Below, one piece after another: positions 11,418 through 20,260 of a DNA stretch of 64,000 bases. This DNA comes from Bacteroidetes bacterium UBA5697 (lineage in GTDB: Bacteria; Bacteroidota; Bacteroidia; B-17B0; Aurantibacillaceae): contig DIHL01000021.1 in the NCBI GenBank assembly GCA_002420145.1, forward strand, positions 13,112 through 77,111, written 5' to 3'. Below the pieces are notes generated by a model. That model searched no databases, was not told the DNA's origin, and worked only from the letters and a program-made list of their open reading frames with translations. Made by a program: the position numbers and the translations under genes. The first letter of the stretch is position 1; the number at the start of each line of letters is the position of its first letter.

Positions 11418-12359
11418 ATGGAAGTCAACAAATTTGAAGATGTGTTTGAAGGCAAATTAGCCAAAAACGAAATGGTTGAACCAAAAGATTGGATGCCAGA
11501 CAATTACCGTAAGCATTTAATCCGTCAAATATCTCAACATGCTCATTCTGAAATTGTAGGAATGTTACCTGAAGGAAATTGGATTACACGTGCCCCAAGC
11601 CTTCGTTCAAAAGTGGTTTTATTAGCTAAGGTACAAGATGAAGGTGGACACGGTTTATACCTATACACAGCTGCTGAAACTTTAGGCATTAGCCGCGATG
11701 AATTATTAGATAATTTACACACTGGTAAAGCAAAATATTCGTCAATATTTAATTATCCAACTTTAACATGGGCCGATATTGGCGCTGTAGGTTGGTTAGT
11801 AGATGGCGCTGCTATCATGAACCAAGTGATGTTGCAACGTACATCTTATGGGCCTTATGCTCGTGCAATGGTTCGTATTTGTAAAGAAGAGAGTTTTCAT
11901 CAACGTCAAGGTTTTGAAATCATGACTCGTTTAGCTTTTGGAACAGAAGATCAAAAAGCAATGGCGCAAGATGCATTAAATCGTTGGTGGTATCCAACCA
12001 TGATGATGTTTGGTCCGCCAGATGCAGAATCACCAAATAGCGAAAATGCTATGAAATGGAGAATTAAGCGTGAAACAAACGACCAGTTACGTCAACGTTT
12101 TGTAGACCAAACAGTTCCTCAAGTTCAGTATTTAGGATTAACAGTTCCTGATGCAAATTTAAAATGGAACGAAGCCAAAAAAGGATACGATTTTAGCGAA
12201 CCAAATTGGGTTGAATTTAAAAACGTGATTAGCGGAAATGGACCTTGTAACAAAGAACGTTTAGCAGCTCGTAACAAAGCTCATAACGATGGCGCTTGGG
12301 TAAGAGAAGCGGCGCAAGCATTTGCAAAAAAACGTAACGAAATTTACGTGGCTGCATAA
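11418..12359 (+). CDS. paaA: 1,2-phenylacetyl-CoA epoxidase catalytic subunit A
   Basis: 313 aa with di-iron ferritin-like motifs ([14 protein letters not shown]). Sits in paaABC order. Confidence 0.9.
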   Translation: MEVNKFEDVFEGKLAKNEMVEPKDWMPDNYRKHLIRQISQHAHSEIVGMLPEGNWITRAPSLRSKVVLLAKVQDEGGHGLYLYTAAETLGISRDELLDNLHTGKAKYSSIFNYPTLTWADIGAVGWLVDGAAIMNQVMLQRTSYGPYARAMVRICKEESFHQRQGFEIMTRLAFGTEDQKAMAQDALNRWWYPTMMMFGPPDAESPNSENAMKWRIKRETNDQLRQRFVDQTVPQVQYLGLTVPDANLKWNEAKKGYDFSEPNWVEFKNVISGNGPCNKERLAARNKAHNDGAWVREAAQAFAKKRNEIYVAA

Positions 12360-12450
12360 AAAAGAGATAAGTTATACGTTTTGAGTTATTAGATTTAAAT
12401 AATTTCAAAAAACAAACAACAACATTCAAACAACCAATAACTAATTTAAA

Positions 12451-12738
12451 ATGAGTGATAATCAAGGCCCAGTTTGGGAAATATTTTTACAAAAAAAAGC
12501 AGGTCAACCATTTGTGCACTGCGGCAGCTTACATGCATTTGATAAAGAAATGGCTTTACAAAATGCAAGAGATTTATACACACGTCGTAATGAAGGGGTT
12601 TCTATTTGGGCAGTTCCATCTAATGCAATTGTAGCAAGTAGCCCTGAAGACATTGGTCCTTTCTTTGAACCAGCGAATGATAAAGTTTATCGTCATCCAA
12701 CATTTTATCAAATTCCGGATGCTATAGGCCATATGTAA
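12451..12738 (+). CDS. paaB: 1,2-phenylacetyl-CoA epoxidase subunit B
   Basis: 95 aa. VWEIFLQ...HCGSLHA...ALQNARDLYTRR is typical of PaaB. Confidence 0.88.
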   Translation: MSDNQGPVWEIFLQKKAGQPFVHCGSLHAFDKEMALQNARDLYTRRNEGVSIWAVPSNAIVASSPEDIGPFFEPANDKVYRHPTFYQIPDAIGHM

Positions 12739-12757
12739 TTATTAATTGAAAGATTTT

Positions 12758-12784
12758 GTCACTTCGAGCGAAGTCGAGAAGTGT
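12758..12784 (+). repeat. Family A GC-rich repeat arm (GTCACTTCGAGCGAAGTCGAGAAGTG)
   Basis: The same 23-25-mer, or its complement, recurs at 24303, 42609/42653, 48624, 59680/59724 and partly at 63142. Confidence 0.85.
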
Positions 12785-12819
12785 TCTTTAAAAATTAAAT
12801 ATTATACCATTAAAAAAAG

Positions 12820-12843
12820 ATGCTGAAACAAGTTCAGCATGAC
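12820..12843 (+). repeat. Family B hairpin repeat (ATGCTGAAACAAGTTCAGCATGAC)
   Basis: 8-bp stem hairpin. Its exact reverse complement and a CCCTGAAACAAGTTCAGGG variant occur at 17478-17533. Confidence 0.8.
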
Positions 12844-12909
12844 ATTAAAACACTCAGCAACCTTTGCGAAAAACCTTTGTGTTCTTTGCGGTTAAAGAAA
12901 AAAAATAAA

Positions 12910-13668
12910 ATGACAACACAAGACGCATTATTTCAATATACACTTCGATTAGGCGATACTAATTTAATTTTAGGTCAGCGCTTAAGTGAGTGGACTGGTC
13001 ATGGACCATTTTTAGAAGAAGACTTAGCATTAACTAATATAGCATTAGATATTACTGGTACTGCAAAATCATTATTAGAATACGCAGCTAGCATTGAAGG
13101 TAAAGGAAGAACAGAAGATGATTTAGCCTATTTTAGAAACGATAGACAATATTTTAATGCTCAAATTACGGAACAACCAAACGGCGATTATGCTAGAACG
13201 ATTGTTCGTCAAGCGATCATAGATTGCTTTGATTTTTATTTTTATAATGAATTAGCAAAAAGTAAAGATGAAACTTTAGCTGGCATTGCTCAAAAATCAA
13301 TCAAAGAAGTCACTTATCATTTACGTCATACATCATCTTGGGTAGAACGTTTTGGAGATGGCACAGAAGAAAGTCATAACAAAGCTCAAACAGCTGTAAA
13401 CGAATTATGGCAATATACTGGAGAGTTATTTGAAATGAATGAAGTGGATGCTGTTTTAATAAAAGAAGGCATTGCTGTTGATTTAAATATCGTGAAAGCA
13501 AAGTGGGAAAAACATATTACTGAATTATTAGAAAAATCTACTTTAACAAAACCAGAAAATGTATTCATGCAAACTGGTAGTCGTAAAGGAATTCATACAG
13601 AACATTTAGCGTATATCTTAGCAGAAATGCAAGCATTGCCTCGTATGTATCCTGATGCAAAATGGTAA
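12910..13668 (+). CDS. paaC: 1,2-phenylacetyl-CoA epoxidase subunit C
   Basis: 252 aa counted from MTTQDALFQYTLRLGDTNLILGQRLSEW, which matches PaaC length and its N-terminus. The 30 upstream codons in the track (MLKQVQHD...) are encoded by intergenic repeat units. Confidence 0.85.
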   Translation: MTTQDALFQYTLRLGDTNLILGQRLSEWTGHGPFLEEDLALTNIALDITGTAKSLLEYAASIEGKGRTEDDLAYFRNDRQYFNAQITEQPNGDYARTIVRQAIIDCFDFYFYNELAKSKDETLAGIAQKSIKEVTYHLRHTSSWVERFGDGTEESHNKAQTAVNELWQYTGELFEMNEVDAVLIKEGIAVDLNIVKAKWEKHITELLEKSTLTKPENVFMQTGSRKGIHTEHLAYILAEMQALPRMYPDAKW

Positions 13669-13721
13669 AATCAAAGTAGTTTTAATAAGAAGTTAATCAT
13701 TTAATACTAAAACAATATACC

Positions 13722-14069
13722 ATGAAACATTTTTTATTAATTCTTTTTTCGTTTTTTACTTTAGCAATTTATTCTCAGGTTGCGCCTACTCCAAAAATAA
13801 AAATTGCCAGATCGCAATTTACAAAAGCAAAAACGATACGCGAAATCCTTCCGTCATTTCCAAAAAATTGTCCTATTAGTGAATATAGATTTGCAATAGA
13901 AACACCACAATTAAAAAAATCAATTACAATAAAAAATAATAAAATTACCTCAGACCTTAAATCAATTGTTAAAAGCATGAAGGCTGGACAAAAATTTTAT
14001 ATCGAAAACATCAAATCAAATTGTAAAAGTCCATTTAAAACTAAACATATATTCGTTATTACCAAATGA
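13722..14069 (+). CDS. Small secreted protein of unknown function
   Basis: 115 aa with a signal peptide (LAIYSQ). Weak similarity to the next ORF. Inserted between paaC and paaD. Confidence 0.55.
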   Translation: MKHFLLILFSFFTLAIYSQVAPTPKIKIARSQFTKAKTIREILPSFPKNCPISEYRFAIETPQLKKSITIKNNKITSDLKSIVKSMKAGQKFYIENIKSNCKSPFKTKHIFVITK

Positions 14070-14121
14070 GCTTTAAAATTTAATACAAATTATTTTTGAT
14101 TACATATAACACAAGCGAAAC

Positions 14122-14475
14122 ATGAAAAAACTACTTTCAATTTTCTTAGTATTTATTTCTTCATTTCTTTTTTCTCAAACAAAAGAGTCTAATGAAACAA
14201 AAATTTCTGTAGAAAACTTTAAAAAAGCTGTATATGTAAAAGATATAGTTCCTGAATTACAATCTAATTATGATGTTATTCACGCTGAATATACGTTCTT
14301 GAAAAAAGGCATTAAGCACCAAGAAGCTGCTGTAGGCAACAAACTACCTATATCCCTATTAAATTACACTTTCAGTTCAGGTAATATTATTTATATTGAA
14401 TTAAAGGTAAAGGTTTCAGACAATACAAAATCACCTAAAATTTTAGCGATAACTAAAAAAATAACTATAGAGTAA
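14122..14475 (+). CDS. Small secreted protein of unknown function (weak paralogue of 13722-14069)
   Basis: 117 aa with a signal peptide (SFLFSQ). Size and spacing of hydrophobic positions resemble the preceding ORF. Confidence 0.55.
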   Translation: MKKLLSIFLVFISSFLFSQTKESNETKISVENFKKAVYVKDIVPELQSNYDVIHAEYTFLKKGIKHQEAAVGNKLPISLLNYTFSSGNIIYIELKVKVSDNTKSPKILAITKKITIE

Positions 14476-14585
14476 TGTCATCATTTAAAGAATCTTGGAA
14501 AAAACTATCACCTTACTTTGTTGATATATGGCAGTACATTGTCATTATCGTAATTATGATTATAGCTGCTATTTTTATTCTTTAA
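14475..14585 (+). CDS. Candidate 36-aa single-pass membrane micro-protein
   Basis: Hand translation gives MSSFKESWKKLSPYFVDIWQYIVIIVIMIIAAIFIL. Its ATG overlaps the upstream stop (TAATG) and its stop lies 3 nt before the paaD start. It is below the ORF-track length cut-off. Confidence 0.35.
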   Translation: MSSFKESWKKLSPYFVDIWQYIVIIVIMIIAAIFIL

Positions 14586-14588
14586 ATT

Positions 14589-15080
14589 TTGAGCTATACT
14601 AAAGAACATATCCTTTCTCTACTTTCCGAAATTCCAGATCCTGAAATTCCAGTCATCTCAATTATTGAATTAGGTGTAATTAGAGACATTGATATTACTG
14701 ATGATTCTACTATTGCTTTAAAAATCACTCCTACCTACTCTGGCTGCCCGGCCATGAAACAAATAGAGGATGATGTGAGGAAAAAATTGACAGAAAATGG
14801 GTTTACAACTATTACAATTAACACCATTTTTTCTCCTCCATGGACAACCGATTGGATAACTCCAGAAGCCAAAGAAAAATTAAGAATTTACGGAATTGCG
14901 CCTCCTGAACATAGTACTGAAGATAAAAGCTGGTTAACAGGCAAAACAAAATCAATAGCGTGTCCTCGATGCAAATCACAAAACACTAAATTAATCTCTC
15001 AATTTGGCAGCACCGCTTGTAAAGCACTTTATCAATGTCAGGATTGCTTGGAGCCATTTGACTATTTCAAGTGCATTTAA
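14589..15080 (+). CDS. paaD: Phenylacetate-CoA oxygenase subunit PaaD (PaaJ in some nomenclatures)
   Basis: 163 aa. Has a DUF59-like N-terminus (DPEIPVISIIELGVIRD) and a C-terminal Cys cluster CPRC...CQDC. The start codon is TTG. Confidence 0.8.
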   Translation: MSYTKEHILSLLSEIPDPEIPVISIIELGVIRDIDITDDSTIALKITPTYSGCPAMKQIEDDVRKKLTENGFTTITINTIFSPPWTTDWITPEAKEKLRIYGIAPPEHSTEDKSWLTGKTKSIACPRCKSQNTKLISQFGSTACKALYQCQDCLEPFDYFKCI

Positions 15081-15152
15081 ACTAGGATTATTCGACTAAA
15101 CTTTATTTTTATATTACGAAATAAGCATTATCTTAGCTTAAAGTATTTTGCC

Positions 15153-16658
15153 ATGATAAGTAAGTCTTTTTTTAATCTCCTCGTCAATAATTTTCTTGAG
15201 CATGTTTTTGTTTTAAATAGTAAAAAAGAAATTACTTTTCAAACAGAAAACAACTCTTCTCTTTTAGGCTTTACAAATGATGAAATTCTAAAAAAAGGAT
15301 TTCAATCTTTATTTATCAATCCTCAATTCTCATTAAATGAAATATTAGACAAGGCTAAAAAATATGGGGAATTTTACGGAACAGAAAATTTTGAACACAA
15401 ATCAAAAAAATATATTAATGTAGCTTTTCGTGTTTTATATCAAGAAGATGAGCCCTCAAAAGAGCAGATGTTTGTTTTTTATTTAAGAGACAATACTCAA
15501 CAAAATTTGGTTAGAAAAGATATTATCAAAAAAAGCTTAACTATTGAAAATCTCTCTAAATCACGTAAAATTAGAGATGGAAAAATTAATGAAGCGATTT
15601 ATGAAATACTAGAATCTTCATCCAGAGCTATGCATGTAACGAGAGTAAATGCATGGTTGTTTGATAAAGATAAAACAGAAATTCAATGTATCGGAAATTT
15701 TGATTCAAGAGAAAATAAATTAGTTCCTCAAAGCTCTTTGCCTCGAATTGCGATGCCGTTATATTTTAATTTATTTGAAACAGAAAAAATTATTATTACC
15801 CGAGATACTTTTAATGACCCAAAAATAATTGAGTTGTTAGATTTTTATTTAAAGCCACACGACATACAATCTTTAATGGACTTTCCTGTTCGTATAGAAG
15901 GTGAAATGGTTGGGGTAATTTGTTTTGAAAATGTTGGAGCTCCAAGAGAATGGAGTTTACAGGAACAAAAATATGGTTTAGTAGCAGCTCAAATGCTATC
16001 TCTTACTATTGAATCACATAATAAACAACTTGCTAAAAAAGCGCTAGAATTAGCATTAGAAGAACAAACTATTTTATTACAAGAAGTTAATCATCGTGTA
16101 AAAAACAATTTAAGTATTGTGGCTAGTTTAATGAATTTACAAAGCGAAAAATCACATGATGATTACCATAAGCAATTATTTATGGAATGTAGAAATCGTT
16201 TAGATTCTATTGCTTCTGTTCACGAACTAATTTACAAAGCTAAATCATATTCACACATCAACTTTAAAGAATACCTTAATCAAATTATTGAGCACATTTC
16301 TAATTCCTACAAATCATTCAATCATATCAAAATTGTAAAAGGTATTACTGATGTTCATGTAGATATTTCATCAGCCATTCCAATGGCATTAATTGTGAAT
16401 GAATTAATTACTAATGCCTACAAACATGCTTTTACTAATAAAACAGATGGCGTTATTGAGGTTTCTCTTTTAGAAAACAATAATCAAGTTTTCTTAACTA
16501 TCAAAGATAACGGTAATGGATTTGACAAAACGATTATTCCTAAAAATTCCATTGGTATGGACATTTTAAGTGGACTCATTGATCAAATTGAAGGAACTTG
16601 CAATTTAACAAGCGACGATAAAGGAACTGTATATAAAATTTCTTTTTCCAAAAAATAA
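15153..16658 (+). CDS. Cytoplasmic sensor histidine kinase (PAS, GAF, HisKA_2/HWE-type kinase core)
   Basis: H-box is EVNHRVKNNLSIVASLMNLQ. The ATPase region reads NELITNAYKHAF...DNGNGF. A GAF-like segment lies in the middle. Confidence 0.8.
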   Translation: MISKSFFNLLVNNFLEHVFVLNSKKEITFQTENNSSLLGFTNDEILKKGFQSLFINPQFSLNEILDKAKKYGEFYGTENFEHKSKKYINVAFRVLYQEDEPSKEQMFVFYLRDNTQQNLVRKDIIKKSLTIENLSKSRKIRDGKINEAIYEILESSSRAMHVTRVNAWLFDKDKTEIQCIGNFDSRENKLVPQSSLPRIAMPLYFNLFETEKIIITRDTFNDPKIIELLDFYLKPHDIQSLMDFPVRIEGEMVGVICFENVGAPREWSLQEQKYGLVAAQMLSLTIESHNKQLAKKALELALEEQTILLQEVNHRVKNNLSIVASLMNLQSEKSHDDYHKQLFMECRNRLDSIASVHELIYKAKSYSHINFKEYLNQIIEHISNSYKSFNHIKIVKGITDVHVDISSAIPMALIVNELITNAYKHAFTNKTDGVIEVSLLENNNQVFLTIKDNGNGFDKTIIPKNSIGMDILSGLIDQIEGTCNLTSDDKGTVYKISFSKK

Positions 16659-16690
16659 ATCCCAATTTTAGCTCATTAAATAAACCTATT

Positions 16691-17467
16691 ATGAGCTACA
16701 TACTTTCAGAATTAAAAGATAAAGTCATGGTTATTACCCTTAACCGTGCAGATAAATTTAACAGCTTTAATCGCGAAATGGCACTAGAGCTTCAGAGCAT
16801 TTTAGATAAAGCTGAAACTGATGAAAATGTTAGAGCAATAGTTTTAACTGGAACAGGAAAAGCATTTTGTGCTGGACAAGATTTAGCAGAAGCTATAGAT
16901 CCAAACGGACCTGGAATTGCTAAAATTGTGGATGAGCATTACAATCCAATTATTTTAAAAATCCGTAAAATAGAGAAGCCAATTATAGCTGCCGTAAATG
17001 GCGTAGCTGCTGGTGCTGGTGCTAATATTGCTTTGGCTTGCGATATAGTTACAGCAACAAACTCTGCCTCTTTTATCCAAGCATTTAGTAAAATTGGATT
17101 GATTCCTGATAGCGGTGGCACGTTCTTTTTACCTCGCTTAGTAGGTTTTCAAATGGCGACTGCTTTAATGATGACTGGTGATAAAGTAACTGCAACCGAA
17201 GCTCAGCAAATGGGCATGATTTATAAAGTTTTTGCTGATGATTCATTTATGAATGATGTGTTGGTCTTTGCAAATAATTTAGCCAATATGCCAACAAAAG
17301 GCTTAGGATTAACTAAACGTTTATTAAACGAAAGTTTATTCAATACTCACGAAAAACAACTAACACGTGAAGGCATTATACAAGTAGATGCCGCTAACAC
17401 ATACGATTATTCGGAAGGAGTAAATGCCTTTTTAGAAAAACGCAAGCCTGATTTTAAAGGAAAATAA
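16691..17467 (+). CDS. paaG: 2-(1,2-epoxy-1,2-dihydrophenyl)acetyl-CoA isomerase (crotonase family)
   Basis: 258 aa. FCAGQDL, AAVNGVAAGAGANIALACD and FSKIGLIPDSGGT closely resemble E. coli PaaG as I remember it. Confidence 0.82.
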   Translation: MSYILSELKDKVMVITLNRADKFNSFNREMALELQSILDKAETDENVRAIVLTGTGKAFCAGQDLAEAIDPNGPGIAKIVDEHYNPIILKIRKIEKPIIAAVNGVAAGAGANIALACDIVTATNSASFIQAFSKIGLIPDSGGTFFLPRLVGFQMATALMMTGDKVTATEAQQMGMIYKVFADDSFMNDVLVFANNLANMPTKGLGLTKRLLNESLFNTHEKQLTREGIIQVDAANTYDYSEGVNAFLEKRKPDFKGK

Positions 17468-17477
17468 TTGGTATAGA

Positions 17478-17533
17478 GTCATGCTGAACTTGTTTCAGCA
17501 TCTCATCAGACCCTGAAACAAGTTCAGGGTGAC
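17478..17533 (+). repeat. Composite family B repeat (two oppositely oriented hairpins)
   Basis: The sequence is GTCATGCTGAACTTGTTTCAGCATC ... ACCCTGAAACAAGTTCAGGGTGAC. The two cores are reverse complements of each other. Confidence 0.8.
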
Positions 17534-17616
17534 TTCACTTTATTAAACTACTTATTGTTTACAATTTTCTTGTATCTCTCCTGCAAAAAAGACGTTATAA
17601 GCTTAATTTTACTCTT

Positions 17617-19362
17617 ATGACAAAAAAATCCTATTTCTTATTCATATCATTTATATTCTTAGCTTTTGTTTCATTAGCTCAACCAAAAAAAGAATATTAT
17701 GATAGCGAACAAACAAAACTAAAATCTGAAACAAATATTGTAAAGGGTATGCCTCATGGCCGACATGTTGAATATTTTAAAAATGGCAACATCTCTCGTA
17801 AAGGCTCTTTTTATAACGGAAAAGAAGATAGTACCTGGTATTTCTTTTATGAAAATAAAACATTAAAAGCTACAGAGAATTACAATCGCGGTAAAAAAAA
17901 CGGTCATAATTTTTACTATTTCAAAACAGGTGAATTAGCTCAAGAAACTGTATTCAATCAAAATTTAGCTGATAGTATTTGGACTTCTTATTACGAAAAT
18001 AAAACCGTAAAAAGTCGCGAGTCTTTTTCTAAAGGCAAAAAGCAAGGCGAGTGGTTGTATTATTTTGATAACGGGCAATTAGAAAGTTCAGGGAAATTTT
18101 TAAATGATTTAAAAGAAGGTGAAGTGAAAACCTTTTATAAAGATGGAAAAGCAGCTAGCGTTTCTAATTTTTGTAAAAACAAACCATGTGGTAAAAACAT
18201 GGAATATTATGAAAATGGTCAACAAAAATTTGAGAAAGAATATATTGATTCTGTTACATTTTTACTTCACAGTATGTGGGACGAAAAAGGAAAACCTATT
18301 ATCGCTAATGGAAATGGAACCTTAACTGCTCAATACACTAGTGGAATTATTAAAGCTCAAGGAAGTTATCAAAATGGCTACATGCATGGTTTATGGCGTT
18401 ATTTTCATCCAAACGGAGAATTAGACTATGAAGCAACATACGAAAAAGGCATTTTAAATGGTTATTACTCTTCATACTACCAAAATCACAAAATTAAAAG
18501 TGAAGGCCCTTTTGTAAACGGAAAGAAAAATGGCGTTTGGAAATTTTACACCGAAAAAGGTGAAAAAGAAATGGAGGGTACTTTAAAAGATGGCCTAAGA
18601 ACAGACAAATGGACTTACTATTACGGTAATGGAAATAAAGAATCTGAAGGGTATTTTTTAGACGACAAACAAACAGGCACTTGGGAATATTTTTATCCAA
18701 CTACCGAAAAATGGAAGCAAGGAAATTTTGAAAATGATTTAAAAACTGGCATTTGGACTACTTGGTTTGAAAACGGCAAAAAATTACAAGAAGGTCCTTA
18801 TACCGTAGGCAAAGAAAATGGACAATGGCAAAGCTGGTATATTAATGGACAATTAAAAGATCAGGGAAGTTTTAAAAACGCTCAAATATCAGGCTTATGG
18901 GAAGGTTGGTACATCAACGGAAAACCAAATTATAAGGGAGAATACAACGAAAAAGGCAAAAAACAAGGGCTTTGGGAATATTGGTATGAAACCGGACAAT
19001 ATCGCGAAAAAGGTTCTTATGTAAGTGGCATTAAACACGGGCATTGGACCAGTTACCACGAAAAAGGCAACTTTGTTGATAGTGAAGGAAATTACAGTAA
19101 AGGGAAACAACATGGTACATGGACCTATTACTACGAAACTGGTGGCATTATGAAAACCCAAAACTTTAAAGACGGTCGTCTCTCTGGAAAATCTATCAGT
19201 TATTATTCAAACAATAAAATTCAATCTGTGAGCAATTACAAAGTAATAAGCGAGAAACGAAAAGGGAAAAAACAAAGTGTGGCAGATGGAGATTGGATAT
19301 TTTATGATAAAACAGGCAATGAAATTAGTAGAATTACCTACAAAAATGGTGTGAAAAAGTAA
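17617..19362 (+). CDS. MORN-repeat (YwqK-like) repeat protein, secreted
   Basis: 581 aa with a signal peptide. It has about 20 iterations of a G.W..Y(Y/H).NG... motif. Confidence 0.75.
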   Translation: MTKKSYFLFISFIFLAFVSLAQPKKEYYDSEQTKLKSETNIVKGMPHGRHVEYFKNGNISRKGSFYNGKEDSTWYFFYENKTLKATENYNRGKKNGHNFYYFKTGELAQETVFNQNLADSIWTSYYENKTVKSRESFSKGKKQGEWLYYFDNGQLESSGKFLNDLKEGEVKTFYKDGKAASVSNFCKNKPCGKNMEYYENGQQKFEKEYIDSVTFLLHSMWDEKGKPIIANGNGTLTAQYTSGIIKAQGSYQNGYMHGLWRYFHPNGELDYEATYEKGILNGYYSSYYQNHKIKSEGPFVNGKKNGVWKFYTEKGEKEMEGTLKDGLRTDKWTYYYGNGNKESEGYFLDDKQTGTWEYFYPTTEKWKQGNFENDLKTGIWTTWFENGKKLQEGPYTVGKENGQWQSWYINGQLKDQGSFKNAQISGLWEGWYINGKPNYKGEYNEKGKKQGLWEYWYETGQYREKGSYVSGIKHGHWTSYHEKGNFVDSEGNYSKGKQHGTWTYYYETGGIMKTQNFKDGRLSGKSISYYSNNKIQSVSNYKVISEKRKGKKQSVADGDWIFYDKTGNEISRITYKNGVKK

Positions 19363-19425
19363 CCGAAAAATAATATGCCTATTTTTTAAAAAAAAGTATC
19401 TTTACTTAAATTATAATTACCCAAT

Positions 19426-20256
19426 ATGTTTTTAAATATTAAATCATTTGTATTGATTAGTTCTGCAGCATTTATTTTAAGTGCTTGTGGCGGAAGTAAA
19501 CAAGAAGAAGTGGATGCTTCAGATGATGGAGCGGCTGTAGTAGGATTAGATTCTCAAAAAATTTCTGCTCAAAATGTATTTAATACAATCCCTTCAAGAG
19601 ATGTTCTTCTTGACCTTATTAAACAAGCTAATACTGAATACAATGTGCAGTATTTAAATAATCCTGACGATGTGAGTAAATATTTTTTGGAAAGTAGTAG
19701 AGCATTAAACTTAGGGGTATATGGCGCCGATTTAAATGTAGCAAGCATCTATGATCAAACCCAAGAATCAATGTTATTCTTTAAATGTGTGAATGTAATT
19801 GCAAAAACCATTGGTGTTAGCAATTCATTTGACGAGAATATGGGTGATAGAATGAATGCTAATCAATCCAACAGAGATTCGACTTTAAATATTATTTCTC
19901 AAGCATTTAAAAGTGCTGATAATACCTTAAGAAAAAATGGTCGTCCTGGAACATCATCATTACTAGTAGCAGGAGCATGGATTGAAGGTTTATACATTGC
20001 TTGCCAAACGGCTAAGGAAACTAAAAGCGAAGCTATGATTAAAGAAATTTTTAATCAAAATGAATCGTTAACTAACTTAATTGAACTAATAGAAGTATCA
20101 AAAGTGACTAGCGAAGCCCAATATGTTCTTACAGATTTAAAATCAGTAAAAAAAATCATCGAATCAAAAACTGATAAAGTATTTACAGTAGATGCTTTAA
20201 AAGAATTAGATACTAAAATTACAGAAATTAGAACTAAAATTATTTCTACAAAGTAA
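19426..20256 (+). CDS. Hypothetical lipoprotein
   Basis: 276 aa with the lipobox LSACGGS. No recognisable family. Confidence 0.55.
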   Translation: MFLNIKSFVLISSAAFILSACGGSKQEEVDASDDGAAVVGLDSQKISAQNVFNTIPSRDVLLDLIKQANTEYNVQYLNNPDDVSKYFLESSRALNLGVYGADLNVASIYDQTQESMLFFKCVNVIAKTIGVSNSFDENMGDRMNANQSNRDSTLNIISQAFKSADNTLRKNGRPGTSSLLVAGAWIEGLYIACQTAKETKSEAMIKEIFNQNESLTNLIELIEVSKVTSEAQYVLTDLKSVKKIIESKTDKVFTVDALKELDTKITEIRTKIISTK

Positions 20257-20260
20257 TCGC

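Noticed and set aside
12820-12909. N-terminal 30 codons of the tracked PaaC ORF
   Set aside because: They are encoded entirely by intergenic repeat units (families B and the CTTTGCG unit). The PaaC-like sequence starts at ATG 12910.
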